64,000 nt of DNA from Neolecta irregularis DAH-3 (Eukaryota), in contig LXFE01000126.1 in the NCBI GenBank assembly GCA_001929475.1, positions 62,001 through 126,000 on the forward strand. Direction: 5' to 3'. Under the pieces are notes generated by a model that saw nothing but the letters and a program-made list of their open reading frames with translations, was not told the DNA's origin and did no database searches. Positions 26,357-38,492 of this stretch are shown piece by piece; positions within the stretch are counted from its first letter, which is position 1; the number at the start of each line of letters is the position of its first letter. The translations under genes and the position numbers were made by a program.

Positions 26357-26432
26357 TCGATATCCATCGATACTATCGACTATCAACGATACTTTTGACT
26401 CTCGACTCTCGACTATCGAGTGGCAGTATCGA
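26357..26432. repeat. Degenerate GACT(A/C)TC / TCGA short repeats in the UBX-SSH4 divergent promoter
   Basis: GACTCTC GACTCTC GACTATC in tandem at 26397-26417; seven TCGA tetramers within 76 bp. Confidence 0.6.
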
Positions 26433-26433
26433 A

Positions 26434-27573
26434 ATGTCCTCGCTCAACGCTGTTGCAGTTGCACTTCTTGCTGCGCTAGGCGGTGTTTTTCTTATCGGCG
26501 CGATGATTCTCGCGGCATTTGTATTTCTTTCGTATTCTGGCGGCGGGCGGATCCGGCTGGGACTCGGAGCAGCAGGATCGTATGACGATGAACAGCAGCA
26601 GCTTCTGGACGAGCGGCAGTATTTGGGAGCGCTAGACCAAAATGCGCGGGCTGCGTATTATCGAGCGCGGGCGTTTGTCGATACGCATCCGCCAGACGAA
26701 CATTTCACAGAAATCAGTTTGGCGCAACATCTTGCGATCCAGGAAAAAGGCGTTGCAGCGTGGGAATTTGTGCCGGAGCCGGAAACAGCGGCGTGTTTTG
26801 TCCAGGCACGGACCGAAATTGCCTTTTACGACGGGGATGGCGAGTGCAGCGTGCAGACAAATCTGCCGGTGCCGCGGACAAACGACGTATATTACTGGGA
26901 AGCAAAAGTGTTTGAAAAGCCAGAAGCGGTGACGGTGGCCGTGGGTGTTGCATCAAAGCCGTATCCGCTATTCCGCCTGCCGGGTAGATATCTTATCTCA
27001 TGTTATATTAACTATCCAGGATGGCATAAGCACTCTGTTGCATATCTTTCAGACGGCGTCTATCGACACAACCAGCCGTTTACATCGCAGCCAGTAGGGC
27101 CGTTGCTTTTTGAAGGCGACGTCGTTGGGGTCGGCTATAAACCCCGCTCGGGAACGATATTCTTCACCCGCAACGGCAAAAAACTCCAGGACGTGACCCA
27201 AAACATGAAAATGAACCTGTTTCCGACAATAGGCGCAACCGGCCCGTGTTCGGTGCATGTCAATTTCGGGCAAATGGGATTCGTCTTTATCGAGGCGAAT
27301 GTGAAAAAATGGGGACTGGCACCAATGGTGGGTACTCTTGCTCCTCCACCAGCGTACGGCCTATTCGACTCGTCCATCTTGCTTGAATCAGGCACTGGAC
27401 CTTCGGAACTGCAGAGATATTTACCGCCAAGTCCAGGTCCAGTCCATCGTTCGGCAGATATCTCGCTCGCCTATATCTCGACTTCTCCTCCAGCCTATTC
27501 CTCACCTCCAAACAATCAACAATATGATCCAAACAATCAGCAGCATGATTACGAACGGCGGACCAGCACATAA
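26434..27573 (+). CDS. SSH4: Ssh4/Ear1-like SPRY-domain Rsp5 adaptor; single N-terminal TM; one 36-nt in-frame intron (26984-27019)
   Basis: IQEKGVAAWEF, VQTNLPVP, YYWEAK, KPYPLFRLPG|WH, GDVVGVGY, FFTRNGKK, VHVNFGQMGFVFIEANVKKWGLAP, PY motifs PPPAY and SPPAY. Confidence 0.9.
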   Translation: MSSLNAVAVALLAALGGVFLIGAMILAAFVFLSYSGGGRIRLGLGAAGSYDDEQQQLLDERQYLGALDQNARAAYYRARAFVDTHPPDEHFTEISLAQHLAIQEKGVAAWEFVPEPETAACFVQARTEIAFYDGDGECSVQTNLPVPRTNDVYYWEAKVFEKPEAVTVAVGVASKPYPLFRLPGRYLISCYINYPGWHKHSVAYLSDGVYRHNQPFTSQPVGPLLFEGDVVGVGYKPRSGTIFFTRNGKKLQDVTQNMKMNLFPTIGATGPCSVHVNFGQMGFVFIEANVKKWGLAPMVGTLAPPPAYGLFDSSILLESGTGPSELQRYLPPSPGPVHRSADISLAYISTSPPAYSSPPNNQQYDPNNQQHDYERRTST

Positions 27574-27846
27574 TCGCGGAAAATATCATGTAATCATGGA
27601 AATGGTGTTGGAAAGGCAATGTTTTCGCACACGTTGATTCATTCTTCTCTTTATTACTCTCACTGGGTACCCCTGTTCGATATTGTTCGGCATTTTTATA
27701 TCATAGAGCAAATACATGTCTTGGTTACCTGCGGTTTCCAACGATATCTCTTTCCGTCTTATCTGAGACATCACGCCTTGCGCCATGTTCGAGACAAGTT
27801 CCCGCCATTCCCGCCATTTCCATTAGTACATTCATCTTGTGTTTCC

Positions 27847-29741
27847 ATGGCTCATAGAGATCAAGATACCACACTGCATTACGATCTTCATTATGAACCA
27901 TATGACCTCGCAGGCGGAACACTAGGTCGTGCTCCATCAGTTACAGACTCGGAATTTTCCCTCGTTTTCAGTCAAGGTGAACAAGTAATAGAACCAACAG
28001 AACAAGACCTCGCCACTCTTCAAAGGGTTGGAGATAAAATTCCAACCAGCGCTTGGATTCTAATCTTTGTCGAACTCGCTGAACGGTTCACATATTATGG
28101 CCTCTACGGCCCTTTTCAAAATTACATGCAATATACACCAAATTCAGAAACCCCGGGTGTTCTCGGTCTAGGCCAACAAGGCGCCTCTGGACTCTCCAAT
28201 TTCTTCAATTTCTGCAAGACTTGCTCCGTAATTCTGTGTACTAATCCCAGGGTGCTATTCTACCCCGATTATCGGCGCGATTATCGCAGATCAGTATTTG
28301 GGTAAATATAAAACTATTTCCTTGTTTTGTATCTTGTACCTCGTTGGTATTCGCTTGCTACATATACAAACCTGACTCTAGGAAATATTTTATTGTTTGC
28401 TACGTCATTGCCTTCGGCGACAGCAATGGGCGCTTCAATGCCTGGATTCATCGTCTCGATAATTCTTATAGGTTTAGCAGCCGGTGCTATAAAATCAAAC
28501 TTGGTACCCATGGTCGCAGAACAGTCGCCTCGCTGCCGTCGAACAGTGAAATGCATGGATTCAGGAAAACGGGTTATTCTTGACCCGGCTATTACTGCCC
28601 AGACTATATTTATGACTGTTTACTGGGCCAGAAACGTTGGTTCGTTGAGTGCATTGGTGACTACGCTGCTCCGGTTGAAGGTAGATTATTGGGCTGCGTA
28701 TTTGTTGCCGCTTGTGGTGTTGGTTATTGCTTGTGTTGTGTTGCTGTTGGGTAAAAACACATACATCATTGTTCCTCCAGAAGGAAGTATTATCACAAAA
28801 TCTTGTCGTGCGTTTTCTATCGGAATCTTGGCAGGTGGTAATATGGATGCGGCCAAGGAGGTATGAACCAATATCCTAAATGTTTATCCTGACTCTGGTA
28901 GAATTTCGATGATCGCTTTATTGACGAATTGAAACGGGGTCTTGTTGCTTGCAAGATCTTTCTCTTCTTTCCAATTTATTGGATCTGCTTCTTTCAAATG
29001 ACAAATGTACGTATTCTTCTCCCCACCCCACTAAATCGTAGAATCTCATCAGTCAAGCAGCTCAAATGTATACAGGAAATGTTCCAAACGATCTATTGCA
29101 AAATTTTAACCCGATCGCTTTGATCATTTTAATCCCATTGTTTGACTGGTTCGTGTATCCAGGTCTACGGAAGATCGGAATCCGAATGCTGCCCGTAACT
29201 AGAATCACTCTTGGATTTTTCATCGCCGCTGTTGCAATGGCTTATGCGGCAATTACTCAACATTTAATCTATTCCACTGGACCATGTTTTGCAAATATTA
29301 CCCAACTGTGTCCTTCAAACAGTATCTGATTCTACTTCATGCTCATCTCATTATATAGATATAAACGTCTGGATACAAGCTCCATCATACGTACTTATCG
29401 CTCTCTCAGAAATATTTGCTGCAATAACTGGCTTGGAGTACGCTTATACAAAGGCCCCGAGCAGCATGAAAAGCCTCGTGATGGGAATGTTTCTGTTAAC
29501 AAACGCAATTGGTGCAATACTAGCCATATCTCTCAGCCCTGCATCTGTTGATCCCAAGCTAGTGTGGATGTACACGGGAGTCGCTGGGTTTTGTTTCGCG
29601 ACTGGAATTGCATTTTGGTTGTGTTTTAGAAGGTTGAATAGCAAAGAAGATCACATGAACGCTATTGGAACAGAAACCAAGGACCGGAATGTTGAAATGA
29701 GCCGGAATGTTGAGAGGAACAAGATCAAAGATTCTGCATAA
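27847..29741 (+). CDS. PTR2: POT/PTR family di/tripeptide transporter, spliced
   Basis: ELAERFTYYG (ExxERFxYYG), GAIIADQYLGKYKTI, GAIKSNL, ITGLEYAYTKAPSSMKS; 5 introns. Confidence 0.92.
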
Positions 29742-29778
29742 AAATCAATCGTAATGCTCTTAAATTTTCTACGTTAGT

Positions 29779-31548
29779 TTATTGTAATCTCAATACGTGA
29801 TCGGGATTCTTTTTCAAAATTTACAGGTTGGCTCATGTCCACGAGGTGCACGTCAGAAACCTACAACGTTAACCTGCAAAGTTTTCACACGTACATCAAT
29901 CGGGTTTTGCAAGCGTTGGCTAGTAAACTTGACAATGACTGGGTACAGCTGGTTTACATCATCGCATTCAGCCTTGAATTCAAGGCTGCCAGAAGGATTT
30001 GATGATGTTACAAGAGGCAATGTCCAGTCCAGCGTGTTGGTGTTATAGTTGATCTCGTATGACCCATCAATGTTTCCAATTTCTGGCGAACCGCTAGCAG
30101 CATTAACAATGAACTATATTCATCATACCGCAACGGGATTGAGACAACGACGTCATCGAGCTCATGGCTGTCATCTGCTAATTCGTATTCGATATTGATA
30201 TCGCAAACACCTTGACCAGAAGGAGAAGGCCAAAAGTTGACTACACATGAGTACTCAAGAAAAGCGATATATGTACGAGACAAAGGAAGCTTCAAATTTT
30301 GTGATTTTTGACTCCATCTAACGACACCCAAACTCTGATTCATCGGAAAAGATCTATTTGGATCTCGAAGTTTAATGATCCAATCGCTTTGAAAGGATTT
30401 CTTGTCGACATTCGGATGGGTTTGGAATTGGGAAATAGGAGAATTGCAATTGATGGAGAGAGCAATCTTTCCCAGAGAACTTTCCGATACGCTGAGCTGA
30501 ATATCACCTTTGATTTCGACTTGTTCGAGAGCACCGTCGCGGTTGACCTTGCCTTTGACATTCTCGTTAATCTGGAGGTGAACACCTTCACGATGAGGCT
30601 TTTCTAAAGACTTTCGATGATCTGAAGGTTCCCGAGTATGAGATGGAAGGAGAGTAGCGGCCTCGTGGGTTGCCGCATCGATTTCTGACCGGACAGCTTC
30701 GAGCATCCCAGAAGTCTTTGATTTTTTGCTCAATTGCATGCCTTTGCCAGAAGGAATGGCAGGTCTGGAGAATCAATGCACATAGATGCGTGTGTCTATA
30801 CTTGGAGCTGGGTAGCTTTTCAGAGTAGCTGTCGTAGCTGAATGTACTGGAAGAGGTCTTCTGGATGGGAGGAGCGTAGAAACTCGTAGAAGCGGATGAA
30901 TGAGAAGATATGCCACGCTTGGACATTTCCTTTCGCTGCAGTTCGAGCTGCTTGGCGCGGCGCTTGCGTTCCTCGACGGCTTCGAGTTCTTTGTTCTGTA
31001 GGTGAGTATGGAACGAAAATAAGTTGGTACACGGGAGATGATGTCCTGGATTTTTTCCTCATGGCTGTCCATTTCAAGGATGGTTTTTACCTGGGCTAAA
31101 GAGACTGATTCCCTGTAGCCGAGGCTGACAACCTCGTCAAAGGCACTCAGGAGGTCAAAGGAGTTATTGAGAATATCTCTTTCGTCACAGGAGCGGCAGA
31201 GGCTGGTAACCAGCGAGGCAAAGAGGTGGAGGGTGCCGATGTCCTGGAGGATATTTGAGTGGCGATTCGTGATGAGCAACATGTACAACTCTTCTAGGGG
31301 CTGGTAGACATAGCGGACCATGTCTGTTTCTACGGTGGTGTGCTGTGCACCTGGACTTGCAAGACGAGGAAAAGCGGCCAGTAGGGCCTCAATCCGACTA
31401 CGTGGTAGGTCTTTAAAGTGACGAGAGACAACGGCTGGTTGTTTTAGCTGGTATGGCAAGATAGAAGTCACGTTTGCCGCCACGGGTACAGATTGCAGCA
31501 GCGAGTACAACCTAACAGTAAGTATAGTATATCATATACAAGAACCAT
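29779..31548 (-). CDS. RET2: Coatomer subunit delta, spliced (first coding exon is the ATG alone)
   Basis: M|VVLAAAICTRGGK|PVVSRHF...RIEALLAAFP...VRYVYQPLEELY...SNILQDI...EMDSHEEKIQDII; mu-homology domain QFQTHPNVDK; 7 introns. Confidence 0.93.
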
Positions 31549-31864
31549 TGAGCAGAGTGAGTAGAGTAGGATGAAGCTGCAGTATGTAAGACTGATGTGA
31601 AGTTGGAGTTGACTAGGTTAGTACTGGTGGTTAATCGGTTTGCACTCGCTCGTCAATGCTATTGAAATCATACTAGTCATGCCATATATTTACTATACAT
31701 CCTTCATGCTGCGAATGTTGTTAATAACGTTAATTTAATCCATTCAGCTTCTTTATATGTATTTCCAGAAACATCCATCATTCCGCTTCGCCGCTTCCTA
31801 CATACTTCCCCGATCTGGCTAGCCCTCCTCCAAAAGTCCGCTCGCTCACTGACCAGCTTACAAT

Positions 31865-33268
31865 ATGGTCGAGGATAAATATATCGGTCTGGGCTTAGCC
31901 ATCAGCTCCAGTGCCGCTATAGGTATCTGTTGCTTCATGATATTTCGCTGACCACCGAGGGACCAGCTTCATCATTACCAAAAAAGTCGTCGCCACTATC
32001 ATTCTCCCGACTAACCGCCATCCAGGGCCTGATAGATGCGTCTGAGAACCGTGAAGCTCATGAAACATCCTACTCTTTTCTCAGAAACCCCATATGGTGG
32101 GCAGGCATGACCACCAGTACCCTCAGCGCCCATTACCCTTCTGATCATGCTCAGTGGCCGTCGGTGAAATCGCCAATTTCGCTGCTTATACATTCGCACC
32201 CGCTATCTTGGTAACTCCTTTAGGAGCTCTAAGTGTTCTTATTGGGTACGTTTACCACCAAACCCCGAGTAATCCCCGGCACCAAGTCGACTGATCTTTC
32301 TTAGCGCCGTGCTCGCTGCCGTTTTCCTGAGAGAAGAACTCGGTATCCTTGGAAAACTCGGCTGTGCGATTTGTCTTATTGGATCTATTATTATTGTGCT
32401 ACATGCCCCGGCAGATCAAGAAATCACAACTGTAGACGAGATTTTAGAGTATGCATTACATCCCGGTACGCGCATTCCTCCATATCGCCGTTGATCCCAT
32501 ACCAGGGTTCTTAGTCTACTGCGTTTCTGTCACCATATTTTCGCTCTTTATGATTTATCGCGTCGCCCCGAAATACGGGCAGAAGAATCCTCTTGTTTAT
32601 ATTTCAATCTGCTCCACAGTAGGTTCAGTCTCTGTCATGTCGATCAAAGGATTTGGAATTGCTTTGAAATTGACTCTCGCTGGAAACAACCAGTTTTCAC
32701 ATCCTTCGACATATGTATTCGCAATCGTGGTACTCGTCTGTATTCTGATACAAATGAATTACTTCAACAAAGCTCTCGACACCTATTCTACATCAATGTA
32801 CTGGTCCCAATCTCTCCCACAATAACATAATTCAGTGTTAATCCTCTGTACTACGTCACCTTCACAACCGCTACCCTCTGCGCGTCTTTTATTCTATTTC
32901 GAGGGTTCAACACGACCAATGCAGTCAACACGATATCGCTCCTCTGTGGATTCCTCATAATCTTTAGCGGCGTGTATCTCCTCAACGCCTCACGCATCGA
33001 TCCTAACGGGCACCATCTATTACCTGATAAATCCATTTCTGGAATGCCAATGGATGCAATGTCAGGCGGAGTAACTCGTCGCAGCATGCAGATCCATCGC
33101 TCACAAGGCCCTCGACTTAGTAACGGCTCACTTAGTCAGGATACACATCTCATAAGTACCTTTGACGAAGAAAGCTTTGCAATGACCGAGTTGGACGAAT
33201 TCAACGCCGATGACGACGATCATCATACTCACAGACTGACTCCAATGAGTTCTCGACCTCTGAGATAG
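31865..33268 (+). CDS. NIPA-family magnesium transporter, spliced
   Basis: [78 protein letters not shown]; 6 introns. Confidence 0.92.
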
Positions 33269-33868
33269 ACCTTCTTGTTATTTTCTGGTCTGGTTTGTCA
33301 TTTTGGTTGTTCGAGTTTTGGAATGGGTACTATCTAATTCGGATTCTTTAGAGGTAGTTATATATGTATCATACCTTATTGGCTGGGTCTGGAAAATTAT
33401 ACATCTCATGCAAGCGATAATTACATATGATATGATATTGACGTCAGTTCACGGTTATTTTATGGAAATTGTGAGGTTCGGGTTCGTGGGAAATATCCTT
33501 AGCATCCTCGAATTCATCTTTTCAAAGGTTAGAGATGGAGAGAGCAAGTCAATTTTATTATACTATCGAAAAGTAATAAAAATCTATATCACTGGATGGC
33601 TATCTGTAAAATCCATTGAATTTGTATACTTTAAATACTCTAATCAATCTCTCAGTCTCTCAGTCTGCTAAAAGCCCATCTATAACTTTCACAGTACGTA
33701 TTGGTGTCCAATTCGGATCTCAGATTCTCGATTAAGGATGACCGCTAATTGAATACAGTAATTTACGGCTTTTTGGAACCTGATTTTGCTCACCACCAAA
33801 AAGTAGTCTTCGCGGTTCTCTTTTCTGCCCTTTGGTCTTCTCCTTCTTCTCTGTCCACGATATCAATC

Positions 33869-34517
33869 ATGCATAGCGAGGACGAACATACGCTTGATTT
33901 CGGAACCGGTGGAGCCGGCGCGTCTCTCACTTACCCCCTGCAATGTTCCGCTCTCCGAAAGAGCGGACATGTAGTTATTAAAGGCCGACCGTGCAAGGTA
34001 TTTTTCAACATTCTGGGAAATTTTTCAATTGTTAGATTGTCGAAATCAGCGTTTCAAAGACCGGAAAGCATGGACATGCAAAGGTCCACTTGATTGCCAT
34101 AGATGTTGGTGTTTGTCGATTAGGAATATCTCACTCATCCTTGCCAGATTTTCACTCAAAAGAAACTCGAGGATCTTTCACCATCGACTCACAACATGGA
34201 TGTCCCCCATGTCAAGCGAGTTGACTGGAATTTAGTATGTCGATCCTTTGAGCGAAAAAATGTTCAACGTTTCAAGGTTAACATTGACGATGGGTATTTG
34301 AACTTGTTGAGTCCGGAGGGAAACGAACAAAAAGACGACGTCAAGCTCCCGGAGAGCGATTTGGGAAAGGAAATTGAAGCTGCTTTTGAGGATGGTCGAG
34401 ATTTAATTGTCACCATCGTTTCTGCCATGGGTGAAGAGCACTGCCTTGCCTACAAGTAATTATCATTTTTTATGTTCTCCCTTTTAATATTGCAGGGATG
34501 CTCCCAAGGGATCTTAG
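33869..34517 (+). CDS. TIF51: Translation factor eIF5A (hypusine-containing), spliced
   Basis: [41 protein letters not shown]...PSTHNMDVP...SAMGEE; 4 coding introns; ends KDAPKGS*. Confidence 0.95.
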
Positions 34518-34741
34518 GAATCTTGTCTCTCCTTTCGCGACTGTAAGACCGGAAGTTTATTAAAATCCCACTCTCTGGTTTGTGTGTATGTGGGAAATAT
34601 AAGTGCAAATAAATTGTATGCACATGTTTCTGCGGATATCTTTATCATCCTGTCAATGTTTGAGGTGCTATTATGTGACTTGCGGATAGCTTTGGTTGAA
34701 ACGTGATCGCATTGCAAAACACTTCCCTACCCAAGTCGACA

Positions 34742-37021
34742 ATGCCTATCTGGCAAACTCCACGATGGTCGGTTTCCGGATCATCTCGAAAGAAAAGCTT
34801 GGAAACACCACGACCAGAACCGAATAACCACGAAGATCCATCCATTGATGTTATCCCTGAAGAACCATATTTCTCTCCCGACTCAAACGATCCCCTAGAG
34901 ACAATAAGACAGATCTTGAGTACAACAACACAGGTAAACTCCTTCAAATTTCCAGCTGAATTAGTTGGAATCAAATGAAATTTCCCCAAGAACTCCGTTT
35001 GAGGAACCCGTAGAAGACATCCACATCGACTTTCACGATCTCACGCTTCAAGAGTATTTATCAAAACTACGACAGCAAACTAGTTCAAATATTCCAATCG
35101 AAGAGTTTAATTGTATGTTCTGCGATATCTGATTGGGGCTGACGTGTTATATGATACGGAAGCAACGGCTTATAACGAAATACAAAGTGCAGTCAAGGTA
35201 TCGTCATTTTACACCATAAATTCCTAATTTTTCTTGCAGTCATCTGAACAGCTGTTACAATCGATGGATTCGTTCCTTATTACCATACAGCAGGACTTGA
35301 GATCTGTGAGTGGGGAAATCCAGGCTTTACAAGATCGATCAATCAATCTCAGTAGACATTTGCAGAATAGAAAGGTATGACGATCAATACATCACTTGGG
35401 CAACCAACAGGGATAATAGGCTGTTGACCAATTGCTTGGTCCGGTAATTGATGATATTGTGATTTCTCCAGCTACGATCATGAGACTTTCAGAAAGCGAT
35501 ATCAATGATGCTTGGCTGAAAGATCTCGATGAAGTCGAGAGAAAAATCGACTTGCTAAATGTAGGCAGATATCGAAAGGTGGCCGCAGTAAATGAAGTCC
35601 ATCCCTACCTGGAGAAACTACAGATAAAAGTATTAATCAATCTACAACCCCTCTCCGACTAACGAATGGAGATTATTGAACGGACAAGAAACTTTATCGT
35701 AGATCTAATTAAAGCCATCCGCTTTCCCGACGCTAATTTGTCGTCCTTGCAACAATTGTCTTTTCTCCGATGTACTCGGCCATTCAGTTTTCTCAAACGG
35801 CACAATGAACAACTTGCCACGGAACTCGGCCAGGCGTACGTCAATACGCTGAGATGGTATTACACTTCCCACTTTGAGCGTTTCTCAAAAATCTTGTCAA
35901 AGTTACAAGTATGCCACAAAAATAATGCCATCCGTGACAATTTTAGTATAGATTACTGGACAGAAGCGAGGTCCTTGCTAAAGACACTAGAGTATCTCGA
36001 GGTGGGGTGTCAAACAAAAGGAAATGCTGATAGTAAGGCGGACTCTTTGCGGCAGCTGCAGCGTTGACAAAACCGTTGATTTCTGAAGAACCGTTTCAAT
36101 TAGGTGACAGAATTAAAATACTGACCTCTCAAGAAAGTAATATCATCAACTCCCACATGGCTGAAGATACAAAACGCGTACATATCAGAATTTATTTTAC
36201 ACTTACTAATGTAGTACTTTCACCTTGAGACGATCTTTAATAGTTTCAACTACGTCTTGATTGATAACGCCAGTGCCGAATATCTGTTTCTAGTGGAATT
36301 CTTTGGATATTCCAATGATCGGACATCTTCGATATTTCAAGAAATCTTCCAACCCTCATTCAATATTGGAATGGTAAATATCCTGTTGTATCCGCAAACT
36401 CATGTTAAGAACCTTATTTCAACATTCATCTCAGAAAACACTGACGTTCATGGACTCTTACTCTGTATCCGTCTGACACAAGCCTATGCTTTTGAGCTCC
36501 AACGTCGTCGAATCCCAGTGTTAGAAAATTACATAAACGCAATATTAATCCACCTATGGCCGAGATTTCAGCGTGCTATGGATACTCATGGAGAAAGCTT
36601 GAGAAAGAATGGGGCAACAATGAAACCTTTTCAAAATAATGAATCAGATACTGTGCCTCATCCTCTTACGCAACAGTTTGCCCAATTTCTCCAGGGGATT
36701 CTGTCGCTGGAAACAATTGATGCAGAGAACGAGCCTATAAATAGTAGGTCTGGTTTCCTTCCGCGGACGAAACTGATGTTTTAGTATTATTAGATTGATC
36801 TCTGATTTCGAAGCGTCTTTGAATAAGATTGCCTCTTCCATATCGCAAAAGGAACTAAGGGATTCGTTCATGTTTCGAAACTACGCATATATCTCAAAGA
36901 TTCTTTCGGTAGATTCGACTCGGTAATCCATCCGCTTACATATTAGGATGATGAAGGGAAACTCGTGAGACGAAAAAAAACGTATTTTGATAAATTACTT
37001 GGGATGTACAAGGGTTATTAA
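34742..37021 (+). CDS. VPS52: GARP complex subunit Vps52/Sac2, spliced
   Basis: DLRSVSGEIQALQDRS, ELGQAYVNTLRWYY, LIDNASAEYLF, LLCIRL, LWPRFQRAMDTH, PHPLTQQFAQFL; about 11 introns. Confidence 0.88.
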
Positions 37022-37171
37022 GTTGAATGTAAATAGAAAAATAACTGGAAAGTCTTCCACTGTCCCATAAGAACACAAGGACTTTCCTGAGGGAATAATA
37101 ACAACCGTCCTTCCTGCTAACCGGTATGATACAATATATATTCCAGCGCATTGCTCCTAATAGCCCAGTAT

Positions 37172-38230
37172 TTAGCGACGAGGCAAAATGGCGGCTTCGT
37201 AAAACGCATAAACGAGACTAATCGCACCTCCGAGCCAGAGTATGTCTGATGAGATAGCTGCCTTTATGATATCACCCGAACGATAACCGACCAAGGTGAA
37301 CGTCCATTGTCTAATAAAGACAATGTACGTCAAAACCAATTTTGCGATGCTGAAAGTTACTGGATCGACAGAATGTTGGTTATGTTGCGGATTGACGAAT
37401 AAGGCGGCGATAGTGGGCAATACAACAGAGGTGCCGAGCCAGAGAAGAAAGGGCTTCCAAAAGTAGTCTGCCGAGAGAAGAATGAACAAATCTGGAAGTT
37501 GAATAGCAGAAAAATGTTCCCCTGGCAAATGGAGCTCAAAGTCAGTTTGAAAAGATATTCAAGAGGATGAATACCAAAAAAGTTAGCGGGATCAATTTCC
37601 TGAGAAGCCAAAACATTTCATGGAATTCGACCACACTGATAATGGCAAGGGCATTCGAAAACATTTCACGAACTCGCTTTCCTTTGTCGACTGCCGTATC
37701 CCAATGAAGAGCCGATTTGACGTCTCTGGCGATATTCGCTGTAGAGTTTTCGACATATCGAGCGACTTGTTTAGGACTGGAGGGAAGATCATGGTCCTCA
37801 GCAGTGTCCCTCAATGCAGACGAGGCCGTTCGAAGTACCTTACGAGGCATTCGAAGGCTTGACTTCCTCGGGGAATGGCCTAAATCGACTACAATCTTCG
37901 ACTCATCGCCACTACAGAAGAAATAAGTCAAAGTGGTTGCGAGAGACGTACGCTGTAGGCAACAAGACCCGAGCGCGCGAGATCAATGTCGATCGCGTGA
38001 ATAGGGATTGAGGAGCCAATTGTTCTTCTTCAGGCTGGGATTCTTCGGATTCAGTCCCGTTTTCTTCGAAATATCGCTGCAAACGGGCTTCGAGGTCCGT
38101 TCTAAGACCTGAAATACGCGTTAAACGATGAAACCAATGGGCGCATACCAAACGAGTCAAGATTTCTCTCCTCGCACATGCGCTGGAGTGCTCTTTTGTT
38201 TGCGGTTTTGATAAAATTCAAGGTGCTCAT
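37172..38230 (-). CDS. Gtt3/Bqt3-like membrane protein (N-terminal SAP-like helix pair, C-terminal TM helices), spliced
   Basis: N-terminal KRALQRMCEERNL...GLRTDLEARLQRYF; C-terminal LPDLFILLSADYFWKPFLLWLGTSVVLP and VDPVTFSIAK, motifs I associate with the fungal Gtt3/Bqt3 family. Confidence 0.65.
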
Positions 38231-38492
38231 GGTGATGATGCAAGCTCAGCGCTGCACGGAATGGTGGTTAGTTGTTTTGACTACAAACGATTTGTCAAAC
38301 AACACCGCGTCATAACGTGATTTAATGATCCAGTTTGGTATATATATTATTAATATATAAAAGATATGAATTACAAGAAAGAGATGTAGTTTTAGGCAGA
38401 CTGCCGTTTTGGTATGTATTAATCGTGCGATATGAACCATGATGTATCTTCAAAAATCGTACTATTAACCCATAAAACCGGATGGAAAGACA

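Noticed and set aside
27510-27551. 21-nt tandem duplication (NNQQYDPNNQQHDY) in the SSH4 tail
   Set aside because: Two copies in a disordered tail; ordinary slippage
33303-33671. 122-aa hydrophobic ORF between the NIPA gene and eIF5A
   Set aside because: TTG start, AT-rich and no recognisable motif; most likely 3' UTR or promoter
33869-34517. eIF5A-like gene as HEX-1 (Woronin body protein)
   Set aside because: It keeps the KTGKHGHAK hypusine motif and ends PKGS with no PTS1, so it is ordinary eIF5A
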